From Selaginella moellendorffii (lineage: Eukaryota; Plantae; Lycopodiophyta), in contig NW_003314286.1 in the NCBI RefSeq assembly GCF_000143415.4, forward strand, positions 1,110,239 through 1,174,238: DNA of 64,000 bases. The letters are read 5' to 3'. The notes beneath the pieces were generated by a model, which was not told the origin of the DNA, searched no databases, and worked only from the letters and a program-made list of their open reading frames with translations. A program made the position numbers and the translations under genes. Shown in pieces: positions 49,952 through 61,483 of this stretch. How positions within the stretch are numbered: the stretch's first letter is position 1; the number at the start of each line of letters is the position of its first letter.

Positions 49952-51511
49952 ATGTATCAAATTAAGGTGGACATGACACGAGCTCCTGTGGAAGCGCTAT
50001 CGGTTTCCAGCACTGTCAGGACGAGCTTTCTCACTGATTTCAACCCCTCGCCTTGCCCAGCCGAGACGCTCACGGCAGAATGGTAAGCAATTCCCTCTTG
50101 AGTTTTACTTTGATTCTTCACCCCCTTCCCTTCTCTAAAGTTGCTCGCCTTGGAAAAATTCTCTATGTAACTAACGGCAATGCGTTTGCTTCGAATGGAT
50201 CCAGGTGGAAAGTCTTAGAAGGAGCAGATCTTATGGAATTCAGCTCCAACGAGAAGCAAAAGAGTGTCTCCGCTAGGTGGGCGCAGCTAAAGAAGAAAGT
50301 CGGCAAGGTGAGAATTTGGAGCCTTCTTATCAAGTAGCAAGAAAAGTTCTCGTTTTGACTGGAAGGTTCCTTGGTTTTAGATTACGCGAGGTCGTTCCGA
50401 GGACGATGACAATGCAACCAACCTTGCAATCCAACACTGGCTCGAAGCTGTAAGCACCGGAGGCTCGAAAGAGAATGTTTTTTGGTGCTAAAGTTGCGTT
50501 TGCGCAATGCAGATCGATGCAACACATCGTTACGGCCACAACTTGCACGTTTATTTCAAGTTCTGGGAGAAGAGTGACACAAAGGAGCCATTCTTTTACT
50601 GGCTGGATTACGGAGAAGGGAGAGACGTGGATCTGCCGGACAAATGTCGCAGGTCCAAACTCATGGAGGAGAAAATTATCTATCTAGGACCTGTAAGATT
50701 GGAACTCTTTTCCTCTCTCTCTCTCTCTGTCTTTTCGTTATTTTTTATTGCTTTCGTATGGGTTTGAACTGGTCCATTTGTGCAGAAGGAGCGAAAGCCA
50801 TACGAAGTTGTGTTCGTCGACGGGAAGTTTTGCTACAGGCAGACCAAGAAAAACTTGGATGGCGACCAGATGATCTTCGTCTTGAGCACAAAAAGGAAGC
50901 TGTATGTGGGAAAGGTACTTACAAAAACTTCGCCAATTCCAGTCTACCAAGCTTAAACTTTTGTGTCTTTCTTCCTTTTCCAGAAGGAGAAAGGTAGATT
51001 TCAGCACTCCAGTTTTCTAGCGGGAGGCCCTGCATTAGCTGCTGGTCGTTTGACTGTGAAGGATGGGGATTTGAAGGTAAACTTGTGCACAAGGTCGCCT
51101 TCTTTTGGACTGACCATAACATTTCTTGCTGCTTCTGTAGTGTCTTGAAGCACACAGCGGTCATTACCGGCCGAGCGAGATGAATTTTAAAAACTTTGTC
51201 GACTTGTTGTCCTCCACTGGTGTGGACGTCACTACAATGGTGCGTATGATTCTATCCTTCAAATTGGCTTTCGTATCTCCGAGTCGTGGCCTTTGACAAT
51301 TAACAAAGTCTTGCTCTGGTTGCAGATCCTCGCCGGTTCTCACGACGAATCCAAAGGTCGACAGAGATCTCTCAAGCGGCGGCAGAGCAGCCACGGGCAT
51401 GAAATGCAAGACGCCCAGGAACAATATCAGGCACTCGTTCTGAATGCCGACGCTGACAACGAGACTTCCGCTACATTTTTTGATCCCACAATCTACACTC
51501 CTTTCGTGTAG
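49952..51511 (+). CDS. IQM-family (calmodulin-binding protein 25-like) protein
   Basis: LAIQHWLEA|[54 protein letters not shown]. Confidence 0.85.
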
Positions 51512-52255
51512 AGGCAAGCTGGAGGAAGGCAACAAAGTGGAGCAAGCAAGCAAGCATGCACCAGAGATGACTCTACGCTCGTCTTCCTCGCGCTGTACAG
51601 ATTGTCCGAGAAGAAAGAAAAAGAAACAAGCGGACAAAGTCTCGCGAGAAATGTACAAAATGACTCATTTTGTGAGAGATTCTTTTGCAAATTCTCATCT
51701 AATCCAACTCGAAGGAAAACAAAGTTTTGGATCTTGTGTTCTTGGGACTCTAGAGTTTGTAGAGACTAAACTTCCTCGTCTTTTTAGCGGCGAAAAAGCG
51801 CTCCTTGGCATGGAATTTCGTGTTGGGTGGTGGATGCCTTGGAGCCCAAGGCAAGTACTAGAGACAAACACATACACACAAAGACCGCCAGTTTTATCTC
51901 TAGGAAGAAAGACCGAGCTACCAGAGAACCAAAAATAAAATATGGACGTCTCTCCCAGAGATTGATTGGGACCCTCCGAGAGATACTAGCAATCTGTCCA
52001 AAGTCAATCTCCCCTATTGCGCTCTACGTCTGGAAGAGTATAAGAGATTCCTATCACTGTGGCAAAGTCAAGCAAGTTCTTAAAAGGTCGCTTTTGGAAG
52101 TCTGTTTTATCTTTCTTTCGCAAGAGCATGGAAGGCAGCTAAACCGCGTTGCTTTGCTGGTAACAAAGTAGAGAGAGTTATATAGAAGAGCAGTGGACGA
52201 CCAGTTCCTCACGATTAAACATGGCAAGGACCGAAGCACAGAGGAAGAAGGGCGC

Positions 52256-54228
52256 TTAAGTCGCGGCCGCGGTGGCGTTCGTGGGGTTTCCTCCGGGTCT
52301 TTTGTACGTTAAAGTCATGAGGAGCTCCAAAGATGTGTCGAGCTTGGATGGAGTTTGATCGTCCCGAGGCTTTGCAAGCCAAATGCGCTGGACGTTCTCG
52401 ACTGGCAGGCTGGAGACGATGGGTTGGCCCCGGCAATTCAGTTCAACCTGGAGAAAGTGTCAAGAAAGAGAAAGTAAAACACGAGAAAGGATGGAAGAAA
52501 GTTTGCGCTGGTTTTTGCGACAAATCGGGAGGAGCAAGGGGGCTTACGTCGGTTTCGTTGCCGAGGTTGAGCTTCGTCGCAATGTACTTCTTGACCAGCG
52601 ATACGGGAAGTCGTCCGTCTCTGCGCGTTTTAGAGAAGTCAGTGGAGCTGAAAAAAACACAAGTCGTCTTACGTTATTCTCACGTAGGGTGTTGTGATCG
52701 CGGGAAGCACCGAGTCGTCGCTCCTGTGGATCCGACAAGTCAGACGCCAAAGAGAAAAAATAAAACAGAGAGAGATCGAGAGAAAGATGGCCTAGACTGA
52801 CACAAAAGCTAGCGAAGCCAGAGAAGTTTCTAAGGGAAAACGACTTAACTGGTTGGCCGCGGGCTTGAGAGCAAACCACACTCCATTGTCCGCTGTGACG
52901 ACCTGGAAGCGAGGAGGAAGAGTAGCCTTGTAAAGTTCTCCGCCATTGTTGGCGCTGGTTCCACCGCGACGTCGAGGTACGCCTTTCGTCGGCCGGGAGA
53001 GCTTGGAGAAGCGTCCGGTGGTTGCCTGCCTTTTGATATCTCGGCCCACCGAGGTGGATGGCTGGTTTTGCTGCCTGGACGATCCTCCGGCGTGGTCCGA
53101 GTCCGCCAGCTCGGCCAAGTATGCGAGCGGAGAGTGATAGCCTGCTGCCACGGACTTGCCTTTATCTTCGCGAGTTGGTTTCTTCGCGTGGTTACCTGGA
53201 GGAAAATCAAAGAAAAACGAAGTAAGATCACGTCAGAGTTTGCAAGATCATTATAAATGTGATGTCAGGAGACAAAGCGAAATGACCAACATACTTATCC
53301 ATAGTTTACCAGTCAGGCCTTCCCAATGAGTGCAGAGTGAAAACTTATCTCGAGTTACCAGGCAAATGCACGAAACTAAGAAACCGAAGGACTACTGTGC
53401 AATCAAGCAACTTCTAAGATTAAAACTTAGCATGCATGGAAAACGAAAGTGATAAAAGCAACTTACCTGAATCACTGCTCTCGGATTTGTGTTCTTCGTC
53501 CTCTTCGCTCGAGCTTGTTATTTCTCGCTTAACTCTCGTGTAATGCTGCTGCTGCGGCCGGCTCGGCTTTCTCCGCCTGGATGACGATGGTGCCGAGAAT
53601 ACACCAAGAGAAGATAAGGACCGCTCTTTTCGTTTGAGACGTGGTAGCGGACTTGCATCGCCTGGAACTCGTACTCTTGGAGCTCCCGGAGAGAATAGCT
53701 TGTTACGAAGCTCATCGAGTTGAGGGTCAGGCCTGCGTGGTGAAAACGAAACAGTAAAAGGTAAGTACATCAAAACAGTCTTAAGAAACCCATGAAGATC
53801 ACGAGACAACATGCTTTGTTTCGCGGTCCAGTCTAAACACCAAAAAAAACTCAACACGGCCTCCAAATCCACTCGATCTCAAGGAACTTTGAAACCAATA
53901 TTCTCAAAGCAAACCTGAGTTTCTCGAGAGGCGCGACACCGAGGTAGACATCACAGATCGGGCACGACTGTGTATCATCCTCGCTGAGCTTGAGATGTAT
54001 ACACTCCCTGCAAACTGCGTAACATCACCCACAAGTTTAGAGAGCTCGTAGAGGTCGTCAAGAATCTTTGATGCTTGTTAAAGAAGAAAAGATCTGGAGT
54101 GAGAGAAAGAAGAACTTACAAGAATGGAGGCACTCGCAGATGGTGGTCGCCTCGTCCAAGAGGCTGCTGCAAAGAGGGCATGTAAGGCATGCCACTAGAG
54201 GCGCCCTGGCAACCTTGACGACCTCCAT
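52256..54228 (-). CDS. DRIP/BMI1-like PRC1 RING E3 ligase (RING + RAWUL)
   Basis: LTCPLCSSLLDEATTICECLHSF...CPICDV, RPD..L, KRKERSLSSL, VWFAL, LPVSLVKKY, and CRGQP RAWUL motifs. Confidence 0.88.
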
Positions 54229-54948
54229 TTGACGCTACAGCATCTCTACGCCCATGGCACCGCAAAACCAAAGAAACGTTCAATAGGGTCAGGAAGAAAC
54301 GCGACGGAAAGATACTTGCAGGCAAGAACTCGTGATGAATCGAGAGCTAGCTCGGTTGCATGGAGGAGGAATCCAGATCACTGGACATATAAACCCCCAC
54401 AAGCGCTGCTAGATGCAAAAGTTTCTACGTTGAATCACGCGAGATGGCTGAAAGTTTGAGGAGACTTACATGTATATCGCTCGGATTCGAGAGCTCCGCG
54501 CTGGATTTCCAGCCCTATGGAAGTGAGCGGCTGTGTAAGCTAGACTCACGATCGTCGTCAAAAACAAACACCAAAGAATAAATCAAAGAGAGAAAAATAA
54601 CCAAGAGTCGCGAGAGAAGAGAGATCTAAATCTTTCTCTTTGGCGAATGCGTGCTCGATTTCTAGGCAAGCCCACGAGGAAGAACTACCTTGTACGGGGA
54701 TCAAACGAGAGACGCCACCACCAACACGAAGAATAGCGCCATGGCGGCCGCGTTTCACAAGCTCCTTGGAGGACTTCTTCGTCTCACACTCTTTCTACCT
54801 TATAGAAATACAAACTATAGAGCACCAAAGAATATAAAGCAAGAGAATGGGGGAGATGGAGGACATCATATATATTCGAGCTGCCATTGGGAGCTAGTTT
54901 TAGGGATTGCTCCATGTCTCCGAGAGAAATCCACGATCGTCGAGGTAA

Positions 54949-57516
54949 ATGCATTCCTCTAGCCGCTCAAGGAATCCTGCCGCATTGCCGTCGAAATATC
55001 GGGATTTCTCGGGTGGAGCACGCTGGAAATCCTCGGTAGCTATGAGTTCTTCGCTAGGGCTAGAGATTGTGGAGGCGGGAGGCGTGGATTCTGGGAAGAG
55101 CGGTGCCGGGAATCGCAAGGTGGACAGGGCTACGTCGATTGTTCTTGCGGCATTGAAGTCCTGCCGGGATTTGAGAAAGGGGAGGAAGATCCACGCGGAA
55201 ATGGCCCACGATCGCGAATCCAACATCTACGTCGCCACTGCGCTCGTCAACATGTACTCCAAGTGTGGGAGCCTCGCGGAAGCGAAGAGAGTCTTCGATC
55301 AGATGGAGGCTCGCGACGTTGTCTCGTGGACGGCGATGATACTGGGCTATGCCGAGAGTGGCAAAGGTGACGAAGCGCTCAAGCTCTTCGAAAGCATGGA
55401 AGCTCTGCCGAATTCTCGGGCTTTCGTCGCGGCTCTCAAGGCCTGCTCGGCTCTTGCGACGAGAGAAGCTGTGCTCGATGGGAAGATCGTCAAGGTTGCG
55501 ACGCTCGCGAAGGCGAAGGATTTGCACGCTCGAGCCGCGAGCGCTGGCTTCGACACGGACATCTTCGTCGCCAACACGCTGGTGGATGTGTACGCGAAGT
55601 GTGGAGCCATGGAACTCGCGAGGGAGGTATTCGATAGAGCCGCGCTTCGTCGCACTGTGGTCTCTTGGAACGCGCTGATGCTCGGCTATGCAGGAAACGG
55701 CGAGGAGAACGTAGCGCTGGAGCTTTTCGCTGTCATGCTACGTGAAGATGGCTTCCCTCCGGACTCACGGAGCTTCCTCGCCGCGCTCAAGGCCTGCAGT
55801 AGCCTGGCGGCGAGAGAGGAAGCGAGGCGAGTGGATGGCAGGCTCGTCAAGCTCGAGAGCTTGAAGAGAGGGATGGAAATTTACGCACAGGCTGTGAGCA
55901 GCGGCTTCGACACCGACTTATACGTTGCCAGCACGGTGGTGGACATGTTTGCGAAATGCGGCAACTTAGTCCAGGCTCGGAGGGTGTTTGACAGAATGGA
56001 GCACCGGAACTCTGTCGCGTGGAACGCACTGATTCTCGGCTATGCCGAGAACGATGAGGAAGAGGTGGCTGTGGATCTGTTTCGGCGCATGGGAACAGGA
56101 GAAGCTTGCGCACCAGATGGCTCGACTTTCATTGCGGTGCTCAAGGCATGCATTGGTTTTGCCGAGAAGGAAAGCCCGACGCAAATCGATGGGAAGGTGG
56201 TGAAGTTCCAGGCACTAAGAACAGGTATGGGAGTTCACTCTCAAGCTCTAAACCGTGGTTGTCATCGTGACAGTTTCGTGGAGAACGTTCTAGTGGACAT
56301 GTACGCTACCTGTGCGAGCTTAGTGGACGCGCACAGGGTCTTCGACAGGATAGTTGCGAGGGATGTAGTTTCGTGGACAGCACTAATGCGGGGATATACT
56401 GAAACCGGGGAGCCAGAGGTGGCTTTGGATTTGTTCCAAGAGATGTTTGGAGCTGAAGCGTGCTGGCCGAACGCTCGGAGCTACCTTGTTGCAATCAAGG
56501 CATGCACATGCCTCGCCGAGAAGGAGCCAGCCAGTGGAAACGAAGAACTTGAACAGGAAGCGGAACTTGCGAAAGTCGGAGCTCTAGAGAAGGGGATGGC
56601 GATTCACTCTCGAGCTGCACAGGATGGATTAGTGGCTTCGAATGTGTTCGTCCCGAGCAGCCTGGTGGATATGTACACGAAGTGTGGCAGCATGGTGGAC
56701 GCACGCAGAGTCTTCGACGAGATGTCCAAGCACGACGTTGTTTCGTGGACAGCTTTGATTCTCGGCTACGCTGAAAACGGTCACGGGGACTTAGCGCTGG
56801 AAAGTTTCTCGCGGATGCAAAGAGAAGGTTGTCTGGCGGACTCGAGAACTTATGCTGCTCTTGTCAAAGCCTGTGCAAGCGCCGCCACCTTGGGAGCTGT
56901 GAAAGCTGCCTATGGAGAGGTTTGCCGGCAGGGACTTGAGGACGATGCGAGCTTGGCAACTTCTCTCATCGACTGCTTCGGCAAATGTGGGACCTTGATC
57001 GATGCTCAGCTCGTCTTCGACTCTATTTCGACTATAAAAGACCCGGTCTGCTGGAGCACGATCATCTCGGCTTACAGTCGCCAGGGTGACACTCAACGCG
57101 TTTTCTCTCTTTTCAACGAGCTCGTCGAGGCAGGCCAACAGGCAGACGGTGTGACTTATCTCTGTCTGCTCACGGCCTGTGGCCACTCGGGGCTTGTGGA
57201 GACCGGAAAGAAGTACTTCGAGGCCATGCTGTCGTCGGGAGGAATAGCTCCTGCCATCGAGCACTACCACAGCATGATCGATCTGCTGGGACGGGCCAAC
57301 AAGCTCAACGAGGCTGTAGACATGGCGAGAAGCATGCCGTATGAAGCGACCGACGTTACTTGGAGGACGCTCCTGGGTGCCTGTCACAAGTGGAAAAATG
57401 TGGAGCTGGGAAGGATCGCGTTCCGGGAGCTGATTAGAGTGGATGCAAAGGATTCGTCTGCTTACGCGATGATGGCCAACTTAAGTCCAGCTTCAGAGGA
57501 GTTTGAAGGTGGCTGA
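54949..57516 (+). CDS. PLS-class PPR protein with E domain, no DYW
   Basis: Intronless P-L-S triplets (ALVNMYSKCGSL..A..VFD.M..RDVVSW) and terminal HYHSMIDLLGRA...MPY...W.TLLGAC. The start could include an upstream exon at ~54741. Confidence 0.92.
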   Translation: MHSSSRSRNPAALPSKYRDFSGGARWKSSVAMSSSLGLEIVEAGGVDSGKSGAGNRKVDRATSIVLAALKSCRDLRKGRKIHAEMAHDRESNIYVATALVNMYSKCGSLAEAKRVFDQMEARDVVSWTAMILGYAESGKGDEALKLFESMEALPNSRAFVAALKACSALATREAVLDGKIVKVATLAKAKDLHARAASAGFDTDIFVANTLVDVYAKCGAMELAREVFDRAALRRTVVSWNALMLGYAGNGEENVALELFAVMLREDGFPPDSRSFLAALKACSSLAAREEARRVDGRLVKLESLKRGMEIYAQAVSSGFDTDLYVASTVVDMFAKCGNLVQARRVFDRMEHRNSVAWNALILGYAENDEEEVAVDLFRRMGTGEACAPDGSTFIAVLKACIGFAEKESPTQIDGKVVKFQALRTGMGVHSQALNRGCHRDSFVENVLVDMYATCASLVDAHRVFDRIVARDVVSWTALMRGYTETGEPEVALDLFQEMFGAEACWPNARSYLVAIKACTCLAEKEPASGNEELEQEAELAKVGALEKGMAIHSRAAQDGLVASNVFVPSSLVDMYTKCGSMVDARRVFDEMSKHDVVSWTALILGYAENGHGDLALESFSRMQREGCLADSRTYAALVKACASAATLGAVKAAYGEVCRQGLEDDASLATSLIDCFGKCGTLIDAQLVFDSISTIKDPVCWSTIISAYSRQGDTQRVFSLFNELVEAGQQADGVTYLCLLTACGHSGLVETGKKYFEAMLSSGGIAPAIEHYHSMIDLLGRANKLNEAVDMARSMPYEATDVTWRTLLGACHKWKNVELGRIAFRELIRVDAKDSSAYAMMANLSPASEEFEGG

Positions 57517-57690
57517 GAGAAAGCTCGGGGTACTGATACTACACTTTGGTATGCACTTTTTCTGCCTGGTCCTAACTCGCTTGTTCTTGCTGGAAAAGGT
57601 ATCTTTGATTCAAAAGGAGAACCAAACGCTCTGGCACATTTGAGTCCAAAACATCCCGTTGCTCGATCCGACTGTGATAAGTTCTAGTGG

Positions 57691-57918
57691 TGATATGATT
57701 GGTTCTTGTCAAGAGCACTGATTTGAAGTCTTTGGCCATTCCACTATGTTCTTCGTTTTCTTAATTTTTTCTTGCAGTGATATGTTTGGTTCTTGTCAAA
57801 GCGCTGATTTTAACTCTTTGGCAATTCCTCTTGACGTACTATGTTCTTTTTTTCTAGCACGATATGTTTGGTTCTTGTCAAATGCACGTCTTTGGCCATT
57901 CCTCTCGACGTACTATGT
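57691..57918. repeat. Three degenerate ~85-bp tandem repeats
   Basis: gatatg(a/t)ttggttcttgtcaa...tctttggc(c/a)attcc...actatgtt recurs at ~57692, 57779 and 57861. Confidence 0.85.
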
Positions 57919-58096
57919 TAATAGAAATTCTTGTACAACCCGTGTAATCGGACGCGGACCGACGAAATAGGAAGTTTAAAGCTTAAGTCAGCTAAGTCAA
58001 ATGGAGCGAGTCAACTTTAGTAAAAGACTCTAGCAATGTAATGTATGTATGTAAAGAATGGATTTTTTCATGAATGTGTATATGGCTTTTCACTTG

Positions 58097-61000
58097 TTAC
58101 TTGATCATATCTTCAAACTTATCGAGACTCTTGACGCGTTTCATCCCCCAGAAGATGAACATCGAGAATGCTCCTGTGAACGCAATAGGAGATTTTGAGT
58201 TACTGCGATTTTCCATAACGAAGATCACTTACCAGCGCCAAGGAAAGAGGCTATAGCAAAGTCTTGCAGTCCTTGGGTGCTCAAAGTCACACCCACGTTT
58301 ACCAGCGTCGCAGCCGCCACCAGATTCATGGTCGTGGTTTGCAAAACCGAGGATTTCCTTGCTGCTCGCTCGGCCTGTATCGCGATCATTCCTGTGTTAT
58401 AATCTTCTAAACTTTGTGGAGCGACGATCGCTTACCTCGAGAACTCTCACCCGGAGCTTGATATCGCCGTCCTCCAGCTGCTGCATAAATTTCTCTATGT
58501 GCTGGACTCTCATTGGCATCGCGACTGTTGCATCCCGTGTCTGGACGAGCACAAGGTATTTGGCACGAGGACAAAGAAACGATCAAATGGTTTTTGCTTA
58601 CTTCCATAGCTTGGCGCTGGAGCTCCTGGACGAAATCCCTTCTAGAGTCTCGGATGTTCAAAAGCTCCTGTAAATAAAAAAGAATGTTAAGATTCATAGA
58701 AACAGGTTGTTTACCTGAGCGTATGGAGCAGCAATCTTCGCAAATGAGAACTTTGGATCAAGAATATAGCCTATGCCTGAACAAAAAGAAAACAATTTAA
58801 GCATGATCATTTAAAGTTTGTGAAAGAAAACCTTCCAGAGTCGAGAAAGCACGTAACACGAATGTGAAAGTCGATGGGAAACGAAATGGTTGGTCCACAG
58901 CAATGGCAAACAAATCCTAGCATTCGTGAGAGACATGTTAGATTGGCTTGTATACGCTTGACATGCGCGTACCTCTCCTATAGCCGTGAACGTTGTGGCT
59001 TGATCGGGTCTTTGGCTCGTCAAGTTTTTCAGGAAGAATTGTATTGTCTTTCTTACCTGTTTTTAGCATGGAAGTTAACTCTCTGCTTGAAAATCTAGAA
59101 TTTCTAGAAAGAAAACTTACAGGTCCCATGTCTCCTGTTGGAACCAAAGCACCCAAGTCTACCAATCCTTGAATAACCTGCTGCGAAATGCTACTATTAT
59201 CTTTGATGTGAAAGTGCTCTAGTTACCTTTGAAGCATCTTCCTCATACACCGCATAGAAGAGCTCCAGAAGCTTTTCCTTTGTGAAAGACTTGATTTCGC
59301 CCATCATCCCAAAGTCGTAGTAAATAAGTGATCCATCGACCTCCACTGCTAAGTTTCCCGGGTGTGGATCAGCATGGAAAAATCCAGTTTTTAAGATCTA
59401 GAAACATAACAGAAAACAATAGTGAAAAAACGTAAACAGGAATGTTTCGAGTTCGCTAACCTGAATGAGGTAAGCTTCAATTGCCCGAGATGCTATAAGA
59501 GAGCGATTGTAGGAACCGGCGTCTAGAGCTGCCAAGTCATTGATTTTAATGCCTGCAAGACCGAGATGATAGAAGTAAAGCTCGGACGGCTACCAATCGA
59601 TTGTACCTGGGAGATACTCTAGTGTTATGACCTTTCGCGACGTAAAATCCCAGTAAACTTTCTGCAGAGAAAGCTCTTCCCGCGTTAGAAATGCACACTG
59701 GAGCAAGATTTCCTACTTACAGGGACTTTCACCCACTTGATATTCCTGAAATCACGTCGAAACTTATCAGCATTTCGTCCTTCATTTATGTAGTCGATTT
59801 CCCGATACAAAACTCTGCAAGAGTGATTGTAAGGACTCATAACAAAAACCATGGTATTTACGTAGCACATTCGTCGTAGATTCCCACCCAGTCTCTCAAA
59901 GGACCGCCAAGCATCTCGTCCTTTTGGAAGTATTCCGCTATAAACTTAAGATTGCCTGAAACAAACTTGTAAGACAAGAGAACGAGAAAACAAAATCTTA
60001 CTTAAGTCGATATCGAACAGCTCTTTCAAGCCAGGCCTTTGGATCTTCACCACGACTTGCTCGCCATTTCTAAGCACCGCTCTATGCACCTGTTAAAATA
60101 AAACAGTTCTTAGAACGTTGATCAACACGCTGAAAGCAAAACTTCGATTTACTTGTCCAAGACTCGCAGCTGCCAAAGGCTGCCTTTCAAACTCCGAGAA
60201 GAGCACCTGCATCGGAGTATCCAGCTCGTTTTCGATCATGAGCTCTGCTTTTTCTGGAGAAAAAGCTGGAACTCGATCCTACACAGCACACATTAGCATA
60301 ACATTCTCCACAAACACCGAGACTGTCACCTGAAGCTTTGCAAGCTCTTCCACAAATTCAGCTGGGAACAAGTCCGACCTCGTCGAAAACAACTGGCCAA
60401 GTTTGATGAAAGTTGGTCCGAGCTGCAGTATGGATTCTTTCACCCACACTGCTATGCTACGCCTCCGTGAAATCTGATGCGTGAAAGAAACCAAACCAAG
60501 AGTTAGAAAACTTTGCACAGCGAGATATGGAAAGAACACTACCTCTTTCGTCTAAGTACCTTCTTCTCTTCGCTGAATCCTCCAACGTATGACCATTTGG
60601 CGTCTATCAGGAAGAGCTTCGCTCTCAAGCTTAACACAAAGCTCCACACATCGATGGTTCTTTGCAGCTTGCTGTAGTTCTCTTTGGACCAGCTAAAGTT
60701 CTCGTCCGACGGCAAAACGTCCACTCGGTCGCTCAAAGGGAGGAGCGCCGACTTTGTAATCCTCGTACCGCTATTGCCAGATTTTTCTGGAAGTTTGAAA
60801 GAGTTTTCTATGTCGACCGACAGCTTGATTGTGCCACTAGAAACTCCATCTTCTACGTAGAAACGATGTAGCAGTCGTTAAGAGAAAAACTTTAGCTTAC
60901 CATTGCCATTCTCCGAGATTTTTCTCAAGCCAGTAGCTCCATTTCCTACGTAAACGAAGACTCAGTTGCTAGGAAGAACTCGTCTTCGAGCGAAAAACTT

Positions 61001-61336
61001 GCGTTTACCATTAGCGTTTTCCGGGATTTTCTTCAGGGTGGTTCCATTGCCTGGAAGAATTTTCCTAGGAAATTTGAATGAATTCGAGGGAAAAACTTGC
61101 GTTTACCATTAGCGTTTTCCGGGATCTTCTTCAGGCTGGTTCCATTGCCTGCAAGAATTGTTCTAGCAAATGCGAATTAATTCGAGAAGAAACTCACCAC
61201 TGCGATCAATCAGTGCCGCCCTCTTCATCTCCTCGACGGGTATCATTCGGCTGCTGAGAATCCTGGCTCCAGGAGCTCCATTTTTTTGCTCCTTTGGCGG
61301 TGGAGACGCCATCGCGCCTATGTGGATAGAGCGCAT
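58097..61336 (-). CDS. ABC1K7: ABC1-like atypical kinase, ABC1K7/SIA1-like
   Basis: WSKENYS..QRTIDVWSFV, LGPTFIKLGQL.STRSDL, AAASLGQVHRA, VKIQRPGL, EIDY..EG.NA, GFFHADPHPGN, YYDFGMMG. Confidence 0.88.
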
Positions 61337-61483
61337 CTCTTCTCCACACAAAGACGCGCGACCAAAGCGGCCAAAGAGTACAGGGGAAGAATATGCGGGC
61401 AAACAATCTTAGCGCTGACGTGGCACACTAGCATTTGCTTTTTCTCTCACGCAAAGATTTTAGGGCGAGAGAGCGCGTCGACG

